Assembly: GCA_964640155.1 (NCBI GenBank)
Contig: CAZXEQ010000004.1
Coordinates: 150,001 to 182,000 of the forward strand
DNA from: an uncultured bacterium
GTDB lineage: Bacteria; Auribacterota; JACPWU01
DNA: 32,000 nt
Direction: 5' to 3'
Shown here: positions 8,429 to 17,944 of the stretch, one piece after another
How positions within the stretch are numbered: position 1 is the stretch's first letter
How the letters are laid out: each line of letters begins with the position of its first letter
Made by a program: the position numbers and the translations under genes
The notes under the pieces: model-generated
What the model was told of the DNA's origin: nothing
Database searches by the model: none
What the model saw: the letters and a program-made list of their open reading frames with translations, nothing else

Positions 8429-8980
8429 TCAATAGAAACTATAGATGTAATCTAAAGTCTTCAATAATCTATAAACCCAACGAATTTTAACAACATATTG
8501 GCGTGTTTCTGGAAAGCTTTGCTCAATGAGATTCCCTCCCTTACCCTGCCAGCGAACCAAATTACCAGGGCCTGCATTATAGGCAATTAAAACATGTTCC
8601 CTGTCATTAAAGTTTTTGTGTAATTGATTCAAAAAGTAACATCCAAAATCAAGATTGATGCTAGGATTAAATAGGTCTTGGATTTTAAAATTTTTTATCT
8701 TTCTCTTATTGGCTAGTTGTGTGGCTGTGCTTGGCATCAATTGCATCAACCCAATCGCGCCTGTTTTTGATATAACTTGAGCTCGAAAGCTTGATTCGCT
8801 ATAAATCAAAGCTGCAACAAATAACGGATCTTGCCCATATTTTAAAGCAGCATCACGAACCATCAATCGATATTGTAATGGGAAAATAGTTTTTCTAGCC
8901 TTGATTAAGGCTAGTCCAATTGGAAAGCAAATGGAGTAAATAATTATTAAATAAATAAGAGTTCGAGCAAAAGTTTTCAC
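8429..8980 (-). CDS. Soluble lytic transglycosylase (SLT domain) with N-terminal membrane anchor
   Basis: Catalytic SLT motifs YSESSFRAQVISKTGAIGLMQLMPSTA and AYNAGPGN. N-terminal hydrophobic helix. Confidence 0.85.
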   Translation of the reverse strand: MKTFARTLIYLIIIYSICFPIGLALIKARKTIFPLQYRLMVRDAALKYGQDPLFVAALIYSESSFRAQVISKTGAIGLMQLMPSTATQLANKRKIKNFKIQDLFNPSINLDFGCYFLNQLHKNFNDREHVLIAYNAGPGNLVRWQGKGGNLIEQSFPETRQYVVKIRWVYRLLKTLDYIYSFY

Positions 8981-9043
8981 AAGATAAATGAATGTTGTTA
9001 ATTTTTAGGAAGTTAAGAGCTTGTCTATGATATTTTTAGTCTT

Positions 9044-9595
9044 CTAATGAGCGTCTAATTCTTCTTTAATCACCCCTGAGAATTCACCTCTGGGATAATG
9101 CTCTAGATATTTTTTGCGCTCTTCTTTAGCTCTCAAATGATCTTTCAAAAATTTATCATAAATTCTAACAATTCGATACTGGGCTTCATCCGCTTCTTTT
9201 GTTTCTGGATACAAAGCAACAATTTGACGAAATTTTTCTATAGCCTCTTCTAACATATCTTCTTTTTCTTGGCCCATTTTTTTAAATATGGCAGTTCTTT
9301 GAAGATTCCACGCCTCTTGCCACAAACGATGAGCTGCCTCAATTTTTTCATAGGAAGCAGGTGTTCCTTGAAATGGGGTTTGTTCGAATTGCTCTAATTT
9401 TTTCCGATAAAAACGAACAAGATTTCTTAACTTTTCAATTTTTTTATCTTTCTTTTCTATGATCTGAATAAGTTCTTGTGGCGTCTTATTTTCATAATTT
9501 TGCACAGATGATTCTTGTTTTGCAAAAGAAATATTACTGAAGACAATAAGAATAATTAAATGCATTGGAATGATGATATAAGGTGAATTTTTCAT
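9044..9595 (-). CDS. Secreted coiled-coil plus TPR-like protein (CpoB/YbgF-like)
   Basis: Signal peptide (IILIVFSNISFAKQ), a coiled-coil segment, then the TPR-like stretch AIEKFRQIVALYPETKEADEAQYRIVRIY. Its ATG overlaps the upstream HIT stop as ATGA. Confidence 0.45.
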   Translation of the reverse strand: MKNSPYIIIPMHLIILIVFSNISFAKQESSVQNYENKTPQELIQIIEKKDKKIEKLRNLVRFYRKKLEQFEQTPFQGTPASYEKIEAAHRLWQEAWNLQRTAIFKKMGQEKEDMLEEAIEKFRQIVALYPETKEADEAQYRIVRIYDKFLKDHLRAKEERKKYLEHYPRGEFSGVIKEELDAH

Positions 9596-10068
9596 GGAGT
9601 CGATTGAACCATCATATGATAGGTATCATTTAAAGATTGAGGAATAACTTTTGTGTCCCCAAGTACGGGCATAAAATTAGTGTCTCCATTCCATCGAGGT
9701 ACCACATGGAGATGAATATGATCAACGATTCCTGCTCCTGCAACTCGACCTAAATTAAAACCAATATTGAAACCTTGAGGTTTTATTTCACGATCAAGAA
9801 TTTTTTTAAAGTGCTGAGCAATTTCAAACATTTCTTGTATTTCTTTTGACTTTAATTTTTCAAATTTTCCAATATGCCGATAAGAAGTCACCATGAAATG
9901 TCCGCTGTTATAGGGGTATAAGTTAAGAATAGCAAAACATGTCATCCCACGAAAAATGATCAGATTTTTTTTATCTTTCTTTTCTTGAGAAGCTTTACAG
10001 AAAATACATCCGTTTTGTGAAGGATGTTTAATATATTTAAGACGCCAAGGAGCCCAAAGTTGCTTCAT
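9592..10068 (-). CDS. HIT family nucleotide hydrolase/transferase
   Basis: Histidine triad DHIHLHVVPR, with N-terminal WAPWRLKYI...CIFC as seen in the Ap4A phosphorylase-like HIT branch. Confidence 0.8.
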   Translation of the reverse strand: MKQLWAPWRLKYIKHPSQNGCIFCKASQEKKDKKNLIIFRGMTCFAILNLYPYNSGHFMVTSYRHIGKFEKLKSKEIQEMFEIAQHFKKILDREIKPQGFNIGFNLGRVAGAGIVDHIHLHVVPRWNGDTNFMPVLGDTKVIPQSLNDTYHMMVQSTP

Positions 10069-10098
10069 GTATTTAGAATATCATAAAATTATATGGTC

Positions 10099-10845
10099 TC
10101 AAACAAGAGAAGGAATGGCCCGAGTCATAAAATCTTCCGTCTCTTTGAGCGCATCTGTTATTTTTTTTCCTTGAGCCAAAAAAGCAGTCAATGCCGCTGA
10201 GAACCGACAACCTAAACCATGAAAGGACGCTCCTTGAATTCGCTTCTTTCGATATTCATAGAAGTCTTTACCATCATAAAGGAGGTCGATAGGATCTTCC
10301 GCTAAATGGCCTCCTTTGATAATGACATGCTGAGGCCCCATTTTATGTATGATTTGAGCGGCTTTTTTCATGTCTTCTAAATGATGAATGGGCCTTTGTG
10401 ATAAGAAGCTTGCTTCATCAAGATTTGGAGTTACAACAAAAGAAAGCTGAATTAATTTTTTTAACGTTGGAATGGCTTTAAGCTGTAGAAGTTCTTTCCC
10501 AAGCGTTGCTTTCATGATGGGATCTATCACCCACTTTATCTGAGGTCTTTTTTTTATTTGCTTGAGAATGATCTCAAGAATATCTTTTTTGAGAAGCAAC
10601 CCTGTTTTTGTGGCTGCTATGGGATAAGATTCAAAAATGACATTGATTTGAGAAGAAATCACCTTCTTAGGTAAAGCATACAAAAATTTAAATTCCTTCG
10701 AAGTTTGAGCTGTAACCACTGTAATGGCAGAAAGCCCTTCAGTTTGACAGAGATGAAATGTCTTTAAATCACTCTGAATGCCTGCTCCACCACTTGGATC
10801 TGAACCTGCAATGGTCAACGCAAAAGCTTTCTTTAAATTTTCCAT
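10099..10845 (-). CDS. thiD: Hydroxymethylpyrimidine/phosphomethylpyrimidine kinase
   Basis: N-terminal LTIAGSDPSGGAGIQSDLKTF signature, with ThiD-like length and layout. Confidence 0.85.
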   Translation of the reverse strand: MENLKKAFALTIAGSDPSGGAGIQSDLKTFHLCQTEGLSAITVVTAQTSKEFKFLYALPKKVISSQINVIFESYPIAATKTGLLLKKDILEIILKQIKKRPQIKWVIDPIMKATLGKELLQLKAIPTLKKLIQLSFVVTPNLDEASFLSQRPIHHLEDMKKAAQIIHKMGPQHVIIKGGHLAEDPIDLLYDGKDFYEYRKKRIQGASFHGLGCRFSAALTAFLAQGKKITDALKETEDFMTRAIPSLV

Positions 10846-10848
10846 TTT

Positions 10849-11475
10849 CTAGATCCAATTAATTCCAATAATCCAGCGTAGGAGCACATTAAAAATAGGT
10901 GTCATCACAATATCAAAAAAGTTTGTAGCAATAAGGGCAAACAAAATAAAGAAACCAAATTTTTCAAAATAAAGCCAACGATAGAGATAACGCTGAGGAA
11001 GAAAACTAGCAATGATTTTGGATCCATCGAGAGGCGGAATCGGTATGATATTAAACAATGCTAACCATAAATTGATGGTACATCCCACTGAAACAGCATA
11101 GACAACTGCACGAGGTAACTGAATCCATTGCTGCAAATGCCCCCTTAAAAGCAATCCACATATCACAGCCAGCATTAAATTGCTTAAAGGCCCAGCAAGA
11201 CTTACCCAAATCATATCTCGTCTGGGATTTTTCATTTTCAATGGATCGATTGGTACAGGTTTGGCAAACCCAAAGAATACATGATGTGTTGTCAGCCACT
11301 GCAAAAGAGGCAGCAGAATAGTTCCAAAAGGATCAATATGTGGAATAGGATTTAGAGTAAGTCGTCCTTGCCTCTTAGCTGTATCGTCCCCCCTTAAGAG
11401 AGCAATCCAGCCATGAGAACATTCATGAAAAACAATTGAAAAATAGAGAATAAAAAGTTGTAAAACCATTTCCAT
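10849..11475 (-). CDS. Site-2 protease family (peptidase M50) membrane metalloprotease
   Basis: HExxH motif (FHECSHGW) in TM1, and the second M50 motif NLWLALFNIIPIPPLDGSKI. Polytopic. Confidence 0.8.
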   Translation of the reverse strand: MEMVLQLFILYFSIVFHECSHGWIALLRGDDTAKRQGRLTLNPIPHIDPFGTILLPLLQWLTTHHVFFGFAKPVPIDPLKMKNPRRDMIWVSLAGPLSNLMLAVICGLLLRGHLQQWIQLPRAVVYAVSVGCTINLWLALFNIIPIPPLDGSKIIASFLPQRYLYRWLYFEKFGFFILFALIATNFFDIVMTPIFNVLLRWIIGINWI

Positions 11476-11512
11476 CTAAGGATTTCTTTCTGTTATGTAC
11501 AATATGAACAGT

Positions 11513-12271
11513 TTAGCAGATTTTTTCGTAAGATTCAGATTTTATCCAACCTGTCCATCCATTAGAAAGAGAAATTTTAGACCATTCCCCCTGACTTTCA
11601 AGAAGAGAAATTTTTAAACCTTCATGAATCTTAAAATTTTTAGGGAATGATTCTCCAGGTCCACTGTGAACTTGAACTTCTGCTGTCAAAATAATAGCTT
11701 TGTTACGACTTTCTTTGAAAGACAGTCCCCATGTCATTAAAAGAAACAGCTGAAAAACAGCCAAAATATAAATCCATGTTTTTAAAGCTAATGCCTTCCC
11801 CCAAAGAAAGATTTTTATGGATAACAGAATCAAAAGCAACCAAACCAATATGACATTAACAAGAGAAAGTTCCCATAAACTTAAAATATTTTTAATCCAC
11901 TCAAACGGGATTAAAAAAACATTTTGTAGGGGTACCTCAATTTTATCTTTGAGCTGACTTTGAACAAGCTGAAGATTGCTTTTAATTTCTGAATCACGCC
12001 TTGAATGAATGAGTGCCTTTTCATAGAAGAAAACTGCTTTACCAAGTTTTCCAAGTTTAAAAAAACAATTTCCGATATTGTAGTTGATTTCTGATGTTTC
12101 CACTCCACTATTTCTAATTCTTAAGAATGCATGGAGTGCTTTTTCAAAATCTCCTTGAGTATAGGCTTGCACTCCTTCGCTAAAAAAGGATTCCGCAATA
12201 GATTCTCCTCTTATAGATAAAGCCATAAGAAATAAGCAAAGAACTCCTAGAGAAAATATTCTTAATTTCAT
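11513..12271 (-). CDS. batE: BatE-like protein (TPR, TM helices, C-terminal SH3-like domain)
   Basis: Signal peptide and TPR repeats (YNIGNCFFKLGKLGKAVFFYEKAL), then TM helices. The C-terminus EGLKISLLESQGEWSKISLSNGWTGWIKSESYEKI is SH3b-like. It is the last gene of the bat array and has an ATGA overlap with batD. Confidence 0.7.
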   Translation of the reverse strand: MKLRIFSLGVLCLFLMALSIRGESIAESFFSEGVQAYTQGDFEKALHAFLRIRNSGVETSEINYNIGNCFFKLGKLGKAVFFYEKALIHSRRDSEIKSNLQLVQSQLKDKIEVPLQNVFLIPFEWIKNILSLWELSLVNVILVWLLLILLSIKIFLWGKALALKTWIYILAVFQLFLLMTWGLSFKESRNKAIILTAEVQVHSGPGESFPKNFKIHEGLKISLLESQGEWSKISLSNGWTGWIKSESYEKIC

Positions 12272-14124
12272 ATCTTTTTCTCCAACGTCTTTAAAAAATC
12301 CATTACTCTCTTTAAAATTTCTTGTTTTTCACTAAAATGGGTTTCAATAGGTGTAAAACGCGCAAGATGTAAATCTTCAAGAATTCTCCTTAAAACAAGA
12401 AGAAACTCCCCCTCCATGTTCTTTTCTTGAAGCATTCTTTCTATTTGCGTCCATGGATCTGCTTTCAAATCAATATCCAGTTTAGTCATAAAATATTCTT
12501 GAAATATTTTCTCAAGCTCTCCATAAAACTCTTTTTGGGAAAGATCTTTTAATTGGGAATGAAGTTTCTTCAATCTTGAAACAGATTTTTTATAAGCCCT
12601 TTTTGTAAGAATAAAATCTGCATTTCTTTCAGTAGAGATTTTTCTTAGTGTGTATCCACATGAAAGAAGAAAAAGAAAGAAAGGCAAAAGCAAGCTCAAG
12701 AACATGACATTCATTTTAAGACGAGTATTTAAACCAGATAAACCTGCATCATAGGTTTTTATGAACTCTATATCTCTATTCAACAACTGGATGGCTTCTT
12801 TTTCGGATTTTGGACCTAAAGAAGATAGTGATGGAGGTTCTTCTTTCCCCTTCTCAACAGTAATTTGAATGGGTTCAGATTGAATTGTTTCATAAACCTG
12901 TTTTTGCAAATTAAAAAATGAAAAATGAACACGCGCTATTTGAAAATTACCTTCTTTAAGAGGAATTATGAGCTTTTTGAAAATCTTCTTCCCATGAAAA
13001 ATGCCATGATCTTTTTTTATTTCATTGGTTTGTCCAGAATCATATATTTTAAACAAAGGATCAAAATCTAATGTTGGTTCTTTAATCCCTTGAGTATGCC
13101 CATCTCCTTCAATAATAATAGACAATGTGACAGGTTCATTTGTTTTTGTTTTCATCTTGTCTATTTCAGTTTTGATCGTGAAGGATGATCCTGCTGCACC
13201 TGAAAAATCTTGAGGGATCCCCTGCGCAGGTAAATCATATACCTCAATTTGTATCGGTTTCGTCTTTAAGATCATTTCTTTTCCAGAAAACATTTCAAAA
13301 GGATTGTTACTGTTAAAAAACTGAAATGGATCTTCATCCATAAAAGCAAAAGGGTCTCGAGATTGCCCACGTACGGGAACATGACATTTAAGCTCTGCAG
13401 GTCCGATGGTTAACACCCCTGATGTTGTAGGAAACAAGGCAAAGTTTAATTCTGATACAATATATCGTTCACCGTTGATTACCTCATAATAAATTTTTTC
13501 TGGGGGTAAATCTTCTATCCAAAAATGGGTAAAGTCTGGAGGGGTATAACGAGGTTGATCTAGAAGATTCACTTTGCGATAAAATTTGTATATAAAAGTA
13601 ATTTGTTCTCCCACAAACGCTTTTCTTTTATCCACATTGGCTTCACAGAATGCGTAAGAGAGATTCTCGCCAGGCCGTGAACTTTCCTTTTCTTGAATCG
13701 ATGTTTGAGTCACTGAATCTGCAGTTTCTTGTTGTTTAGTTTCTATCAATGATGTTTTTATAATCTCTAATGAAATAGGGTCTGTTTGAGTGTCATTGCC
13801 ATTTTGCTTAATATGGATAGGTGGAATAACCACTTTCCCTACAGTATGGGGTTGTAACACATAAGTATAACTGGCCTCTGTTTGCATTTGACCATTGATG
13901 ATCGTAATGTTCTGGGATTGTCCCGACGGATAAATAGAAATCCCATCTATTTGAGGAATCTGGGGTTCGCCTACCTCAGAGCCAGAAACAGTTAAGGTTA
14001 GAATAGCATTTTCATTCACTGGGAATTTATAACGATCAATATCTACCTTAATTTTAGGCTCAGAATCACAATATGCGATATAAGAGGATAAAAAGAGCAA
14101 GAAAGCAGATAGAATTTTTTTCAT
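12268..14124 (-). CDS. batD: BatD-like protein (oxygen-tolerance family)
   Basis: The tracked ORF extends to 14181. The ATG at 14124 gives the signal peptide MKKILSAFLLFLSSYIAYC and shares its A with the batC stop (TGATG). Repeated Ig-like BatD-type segments are followed by one TM helix near the C-terminus and a cytoplasmic helical tail. Confidence 0.7.
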   Translation of the reverse strand: MKKILSAFLLFLSSYIAYCDSEPKIKVDIDRYKFPVNENAILTLTVSGSEVGEPQIPQIDGISIYPSGQSQNITIINGQMQTEASYTYVLQPHTVGKVVIPPIHIKQNGNDTQTDPISLEIIKTSLIETKQQETADSVTQTSIQEKESSRPGENLSYAFCEANVDKRKAFVGEQITFIYKFYRKVNLLDQPRYTPPDFTHFWIEDLPPEKIYYEVINGERYIVSELNFALFPTTSGVLTIGPAELKCHVPVRGQSRDPFAFMDEDPFQFFNSNNPFEMFSGKEMILKTKPIQIEVYDLPAQGIPQDFSGAAGSSFTIKTEIDKMKTKTNEPVTLSIIIEGDGHTQGIKEPTLDFDPLFKIYDSGQTNEIKKDHGIFHGKKIFKKLIIPLKEGNFQIARVHFSFFNLQKQVYETIQSEPIQITVEKGKEEPPSLSSLGPKSEKEAIQLLNRDIEFIKTYDAGLSGLNTRLKMNVMFLSLLLPFFLFLLSCGYTLRKISTERNADFILTKRAYKKSVSRLKKLHSQLKDLSQKEFYGELEKIFQEYFMTKLDIDLKADPWTQIERMLQEKNMEGEFLLVLRRILEDLHLARFTPIETHFSEKQEILKRVMDFLKTLEKKI

Positions 14125-15023
14125 CACCAGTCTCTTTCCTGATTTTGATGTTTTTGATCCTGACTTTTGACAAAATTCCACAAAAGGTCTTTCCTTTCAT
14201 CTCGTACAAGATCCAGGACTTTTAGAGCTTCGGCTTCTTTCATTTCTTTACCCCTTTGTTGTTGTACTGGGTCGGATGTTTTACTTTCCTGGACTGAAGA
14301 CTGTGATGTTCCCGTTTGATTTTGACTTGAGTCTTTGTTTTGATTCTTTTTTTCTTTTTCTTCTTGAGGAGATTCTGTGGGTTTTTCCTCTTTAGATACT
14401 TCATTTTCTTGAGCTTTGTTTTTTTTATTTGTTGAATCTTGAGATTCTTGAGGAGAAGCATTCTGATCAGAACCCAATTTTTGATCAGAAGATGTCTGTT
14501 CTTTTTTTTTCTCCTCATTTTGTTTCTTATCTTGATTTTCCTTTTCTTCCTTCTGTTCTGATTTGTTTTTTTCTTCTTCTTTCGATTGATTTTCCTTTTG
14601 TTCTCTCAATTTTAAAGCAGCGACTTCATAATTAAATTTAGCATCAATATCTTCCGGATTTTCTTCTATCGCTTTTTTATAAAATTGAAGCGCTTGCGTT
14701 AGTTTCTCTTTGCGAAAAGCACAGTTTCCTTGGCCATAAAAATTATAAGATTTATTTTCGTTTTTCTTAACATTGAGAGCTTTACTATAAAAATTTTCTG
14801 CTTCATCATAGGACTTCTTTTGAAAAAAAGTATTTCCTAAATTAGAGAGAATAAGGCCCTCTTGCGGTTTATGTTTCAAGGCCTCCTGATACTTTTTTGA
14901 AGCTTCATCATATTTTTCTTGAAGGTAAGCCTGATTACCCTCTTCGATAGCTTTTGAAGCTGAAAAACCGTAGAGGAAAGGAAAAAGAAGAAAAGAAATG
15001 ATAGTGAAATATTTTATTTTCAT
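14124..15023 (-). CDS. batC: BatC-like TPR protein with a long K/E/Q/S/N-rich low-complexity tail
   Basis: Signal peptide and TPR repeats (YSKALNVKKNENKSYNFYGQGNCAFRKEKLTQALQFYKKAIEENPED). About 130 aa of charged low-complexity sequence follow. ATGA overlap with batB. Confidence 0.7.
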   Translation of the reverse strand: MKIKYFTIISFLLFPFLYGFSASKAIEEGNQAYLQEKYDEASKKYQEALKHKPQEGLILSNLGNTFFQKKSYDEAENFYSKALNVKKNENKSYNFYGQGNCAFRKEKLTQALQFYKKAIEENPEDIDAKFNYEVAALKLREQKENQSKEEEKNKSEQKEEKENQDKKQNEEKKKEQTSSDQKLGSDQNASPQESQDSTNKKNKAQENEVSKEEKPTESPQEEKEKKNQNKDSSQNQTGTSQSSVQESKTSDPVQQQRGKEMKEAEALKVLDLVRDERKDLLWNFVKSQDQKHQNQERDW

Positions 15024-16042
15024 GCTTTATTTCTCTTAAATACAAACCCTTTTCGTTCTCCCAGCACTTCTGCTATCAATAAAAAAATAAGCCCTACCCA
15101 AAGAGGAGTTTGGAATAGTTCTTTATATTGATTTAATGAAGTGTTACCTAACTCCCCTTTTTCAAGTTGTTTAATCTCTTTGAATATTTTTTCAATTTCT
15201 ATTTCACTGGATGTAGCTTGATAGTACTTCCCGCCTGTTATCGATGCAATTTCTTGAAGCATTTTTTCATCTAACTGACTTAAAATAGTTTCTCCCTTTT
15301 CATTTTGCTTATGTCCCATGCGCTCCCCTGTTTCATTAAAAATGGGAATAGGTTCTCGACTCCCTGCCCCTATGCCAATTGTATAGATTCGAATGTTTTC
15401 TTTTTGAGCTTCTTGTGCAGCTTCTAAAGGCTTAGACTCATGGTCTTCTCCATCTGTTAAGAGAATGATCACACGACCATAACTTTGCCCCTTATCAAAC
15501 ATAGGGATACTTTTTTTAATGGCATCTCCCAGAGCCGTCCCTTGAACCCCAACCAATTGTGTATCCAGAATTTCTAAATAGGTTTTAAGGACATTGATAT
15601 CTAATGTCACAGGACATAATACAACAGCAGCTCCTGCAAAGCCGACAAGACCGATACGATTTCCCTGTAATTGATCCAAAAGACTGACAAGTTCTCTCTT
15701 TGCCTTTTCAAGACGATTAGGAGCAAAATCTTCCGCAAGCATGCTCGATGATGTATCTATAGCCACAACAACATCTAATCCCTTACGTTTTATTTCTGCT
15801 TCCTTTTCCCAGGCCAGAGGTTGCGCCAAGGCAATTAAAATCATAAAAAATCCGATACATTCCAATATTTTTTTTACCCTTCTTTTTTTCCAGCTAACAT
15901 TACTGACTAAAATATTCACACGATCTTTTCCAAGCCAAATCCCAAGAATTTTTTTTCTTTTTGCTTCATCTCGAAGTAAAAAGATAAGCAAAGGGATAAG
16001 AAGGCATAAAAGATATAAAACCCATGGGGCAGCAAATTTCAT
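15020..16042 (-). CDS. batB: BatB-like von Willebrand factor A membrane protein
   Basis: The tracked ORF extends to 16108. The ATG at 16042 overlaps the batA stop (ATGA) and gives MKFAAPWVLYLLCLL. TM helices flank a vWA domain with the MIDAS motif AIDTSSSM. Confidence 0.8.
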   Translation of the reverse strand: MKFAAPWVLYLLCLLIPLLIFLLRDEAKRKKILGIWLGKDRVNILVSNVSWKKRRVKKILECIGFFMILIALAQPLAWEKEAEIKRKGLDVVVAIDTSSSMLAEDFAPNRLEKAKRELVSLLDQLQGNRIGLVGFAGAAVVLCPVTLDINVLKTYLEILDTQLVGVQGTALGDAIKKSIPMFDKGQSYGRVIILLTDGEDHESKPLEAAQEAQKENIRIYTIGIGAGSREPIPIFNETGERMGHKQNEKGETILSQLDEKMLQEIASITGGKYYQATSSEIEIEKIFKEIKQLEKGELGNTSLNQYKELFQTPLWVGLIFLLIAEVLGERKGFVFKRNKA

Positions 16043-17031
16043 GGTAATTTCCTCAAAAAACCTCGTGCTAGCATTCTTTCTAAAACAAAAATTAGAAATG
16101 CCGGCCAAAGAATATAGGGAAAAATCTCTCGATAGTCCGTATAAACTTTGATTTCTATCTTTGTCTTTTCAAGCTTATCAATTGTTTGGTAAATTTTCTG
16201 CAAAGCCTTTTCTGACGTAGCTCTGAAATAAAGTCCACCTGTCGCATTGGCAATTTTTTGTAATGTAACCTCGTCAATTTCAGTTTTCATTTGAGCATAA
16301 GTTTTTCCTATCAGAGGATTTTGAACAGGAATTCTGGTAATACCTTCTTTTCCAATTCCAATCGTATAAATTTTAACATTAAGGGCTTTTGCCATTTCGG
16401 CAGCTATCAGAGGATCGACTTTTCCGGCATTATTCATCCCATCCGTAAGAAGAATAATAATCTTAGCTTTTGCATGAGAAGATCTAAGCCGATTAAGGGC
16501 ATTGACAATGCCCATCCCTATGGCTGTTTTTTCTTCTGGAACAACTCCCATGCGCAGTTCCTGCACCCTTTTTGAGAGAAAAGCATAATCTAATGTAAGA
16601 GGACAAAGGGTAAAGCTTTCCTCACCAAAAACAACCATTCCAATCCTATCTGCCTTGCGCTTCTTAATAAATTCAATGACTTTTTCCTTTGCAACATCCA
16701 ATCTATTTTTAGGTGCAAAATCTTCGGCCATCATACTTCCAGAAGCATCAATAGCCATCATAATATCAATACCTTCGGTGAGATATTCTTCATAGGACTG
16801 CCCTGTTTGAGGCCTAGCAAGTGCGATGATAAAAAAAGAAAGCAATATCAAACGTAAAATAGGACTATAGCGTACACATTCTATTTTCCAGTCTTTTTGT
16901 CTTTTTTGAATCAATGTTAAATTCGAGTATTGAAGAGATGATTGAGTGTATGAAAACCATTTTTGATGGCAGAAGTAGATAAGAAAAGGAAATACAAGTA
17001 AGAGTAAATACCATCCTGATTCAAATCGCAT
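16039..17031 (-). CDS. batA: BatA-like von Willebrand factor A membrane protein
   Basis: The tracked ORF extends to 17061. The ATG at 17031 gives MRFESGWYLLLLVFPFLIYF. vWA domain with the MIDAS motif AIDASGSM and a C-terminal TM helix. Confidence 0.8.
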   Translation of the reverse strand: MRFESGWYLLLLVFPFLIYFCHQKWFSYTQSSLQYSNLTLIQKRQKDWKIECVRYSPILRLILLSFFIIALARPQTGQSYEEYLTEGIDIMMAIDASGSMMAEDFAPKNRLDVAKEKVIEFIKKRKADRIGMVVFGEESFTLCPLTLDYAFLSKRVQELRMGVVPEEKTAIGMGIVNALNRLRSSHAKAKIIILLTDGMNNAGKVDPLIAAEMAKALNVKIYTIGIGKEGITRIPVQNPLIGKTYAQMKTEIDEVTLQKIANATGGLYFRATSEKALQKIYQTIDKLEKTKIEIKVYTDYREIFPYILWPAFLIFVLERMLARGFLRKLP

Positions 17032-17944
17032 GACGTATCTCCTCTTCACTCTGCTCAACAACTTCTTTAGCTAGTTTAAAGTCATGTTCAATATCGGCTG
17101 TGGATGGAAAATATTTTGCAAATTTAATCAAATCAGCTTCATTTAAAACGCTCCGAAGTTTTTCTACGATCTCAATATGCGTTTTTCTTTTTTTAAGTTC
17201 TCTAATGCACTCAAAGGTTGTCATTTCAAGAGCGTTGAAGTGAAACTGTCGTTCAAGATAATGCTTTAAAATTTCAGACAGAGCCGAAAACACTTCCTTC
17301 CATCGTCCTTCTTTTAATGCGTCTGATGCTGAAAGCGCCTCTAACTTCTTAAGGGCCTCTTCTTTGGGACTTAAAATTAAAACGGGTGTAGATAAAGGAA
17401 CCGAAGCAGACAATTTGAATTTCTTAATCAAAATAAATGTGACAATCGCTAGAACTATTAGAATAGCAAATAGGATATAGAGCCATGTCCAATCCCTTTT
17501 CAGAAATAATGGAGGTTTTGGTCCTCGTATATCGATTTCTTTCGCGTCTGTAGGAAGCAGGCTTTTGACGTGAATGGTTATAGCTTCAGTCGAAACATCT
17601 TGGGGTTGACCTAGAGCAGACTGATAGATAAGATGCCAAGGTCCTAAAACATGCTCTCCTGTTTCAAAAATGGTTAATGCATAAGAGAGAGTTGTTTGGG
17701 TTTTTTGATCTTTAAGCTTTTTCTCGAGTATTTTAAAATCCTTTACCTCAAAAGGTTGGATTTTTTCTGTTTCGGGCGGTTTCAGTTGGGAGTCATTGGG
17801 ACGAGTAATAGTTAGATTAAGATGAATAATATCTCCAATGAAAGCCTCTTTTTTATCAATTTGAGTTTTAATTTGAATGTCATTACAAAAAGAAGAAGAA
17901 ATTTGATAAAACATGATCCCAAAAAAGAAAATAATCTTTTTCAT
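17021..17944 (-). CDS. Mini-BatD-like membrane protein (Ig-like ectodomain, one TM, DUF4381-like helical tail)
   Basis: Signal peptide, then a BatD-like beta segment (QIDKKEAFIGDIIHLNLTITRP) and a TM helix (WLYILFAILIVLAIVTFILI). The tail KEVFSALSEILKHYLERQF...ADLIKFAKYFP parallels the BatD tail KEFYGELEKIFQEYFMTKL...LHLARFTP. ATGA overlap with the DUF58 gene. Confidence 0.55.
   Translation of the reverse strand: MKKIIFFFGIMFYQISSSFCNDIQIKTQIDKKEAFIGDIIHLNLTITRPNDSQLKPPETEKIQPFEVKDFKILEKKLKDQKTQTTLSYALTIFETGEHVLGPWHLIYQSALGQPQDVSTEAITIHVKSLLPTDAKEIDIRGPKPPLFLKRDWTWLYILFAILIVLAIVTFILIKKFKLSASVPLSTPVLILSPKEEALKKLEALSASDALKEGRWKEVFSALSEILKHYLERQFHFNALEMTTFECIRELKKRKTHIEIVEKLRSVLNEADLIKFAKYFPSTADIEHDFKLAKEVVEQSEEEIRHAI

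Noticed and set aside
12268-14181. N-terminal extensions in the ORF track (batD to 14181, batB to 16108, batA to 17061, permease to 21945, ABC ATPase to 22926, secretin from 6501)
   Set aside because: In each case an internal ATG either overlaps the upstream stop codon or follows a clear SD, and yields a proper signal peptide or TM N-terminus. The extensions overlap the preceding gene or lack an SD.
14240-14635. ORFs 14240-14518 (minus) and 14429-14635 (plus), and possible tandem repeats or a CRISPR-like array in this A/G-rich stretch
   Set aside because: These are by-products of the low-complexity K/E/Q/S-coding region of batC. The repetition is compositional (AAG/GAA/AAA codons), not regularly spaced direct repeats with unique spacers.
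15741-16151. 136-aa plus-strand ORF antisense to batB/batA, and similar antisense ORFs (16291-16575, 18592-18801, 22334-22597, 28254-28647)
   Set aside because: These are shadow ORFs within well-supported vWA, DUF58, ABC ATPase and PFK genes, with no independent signals.
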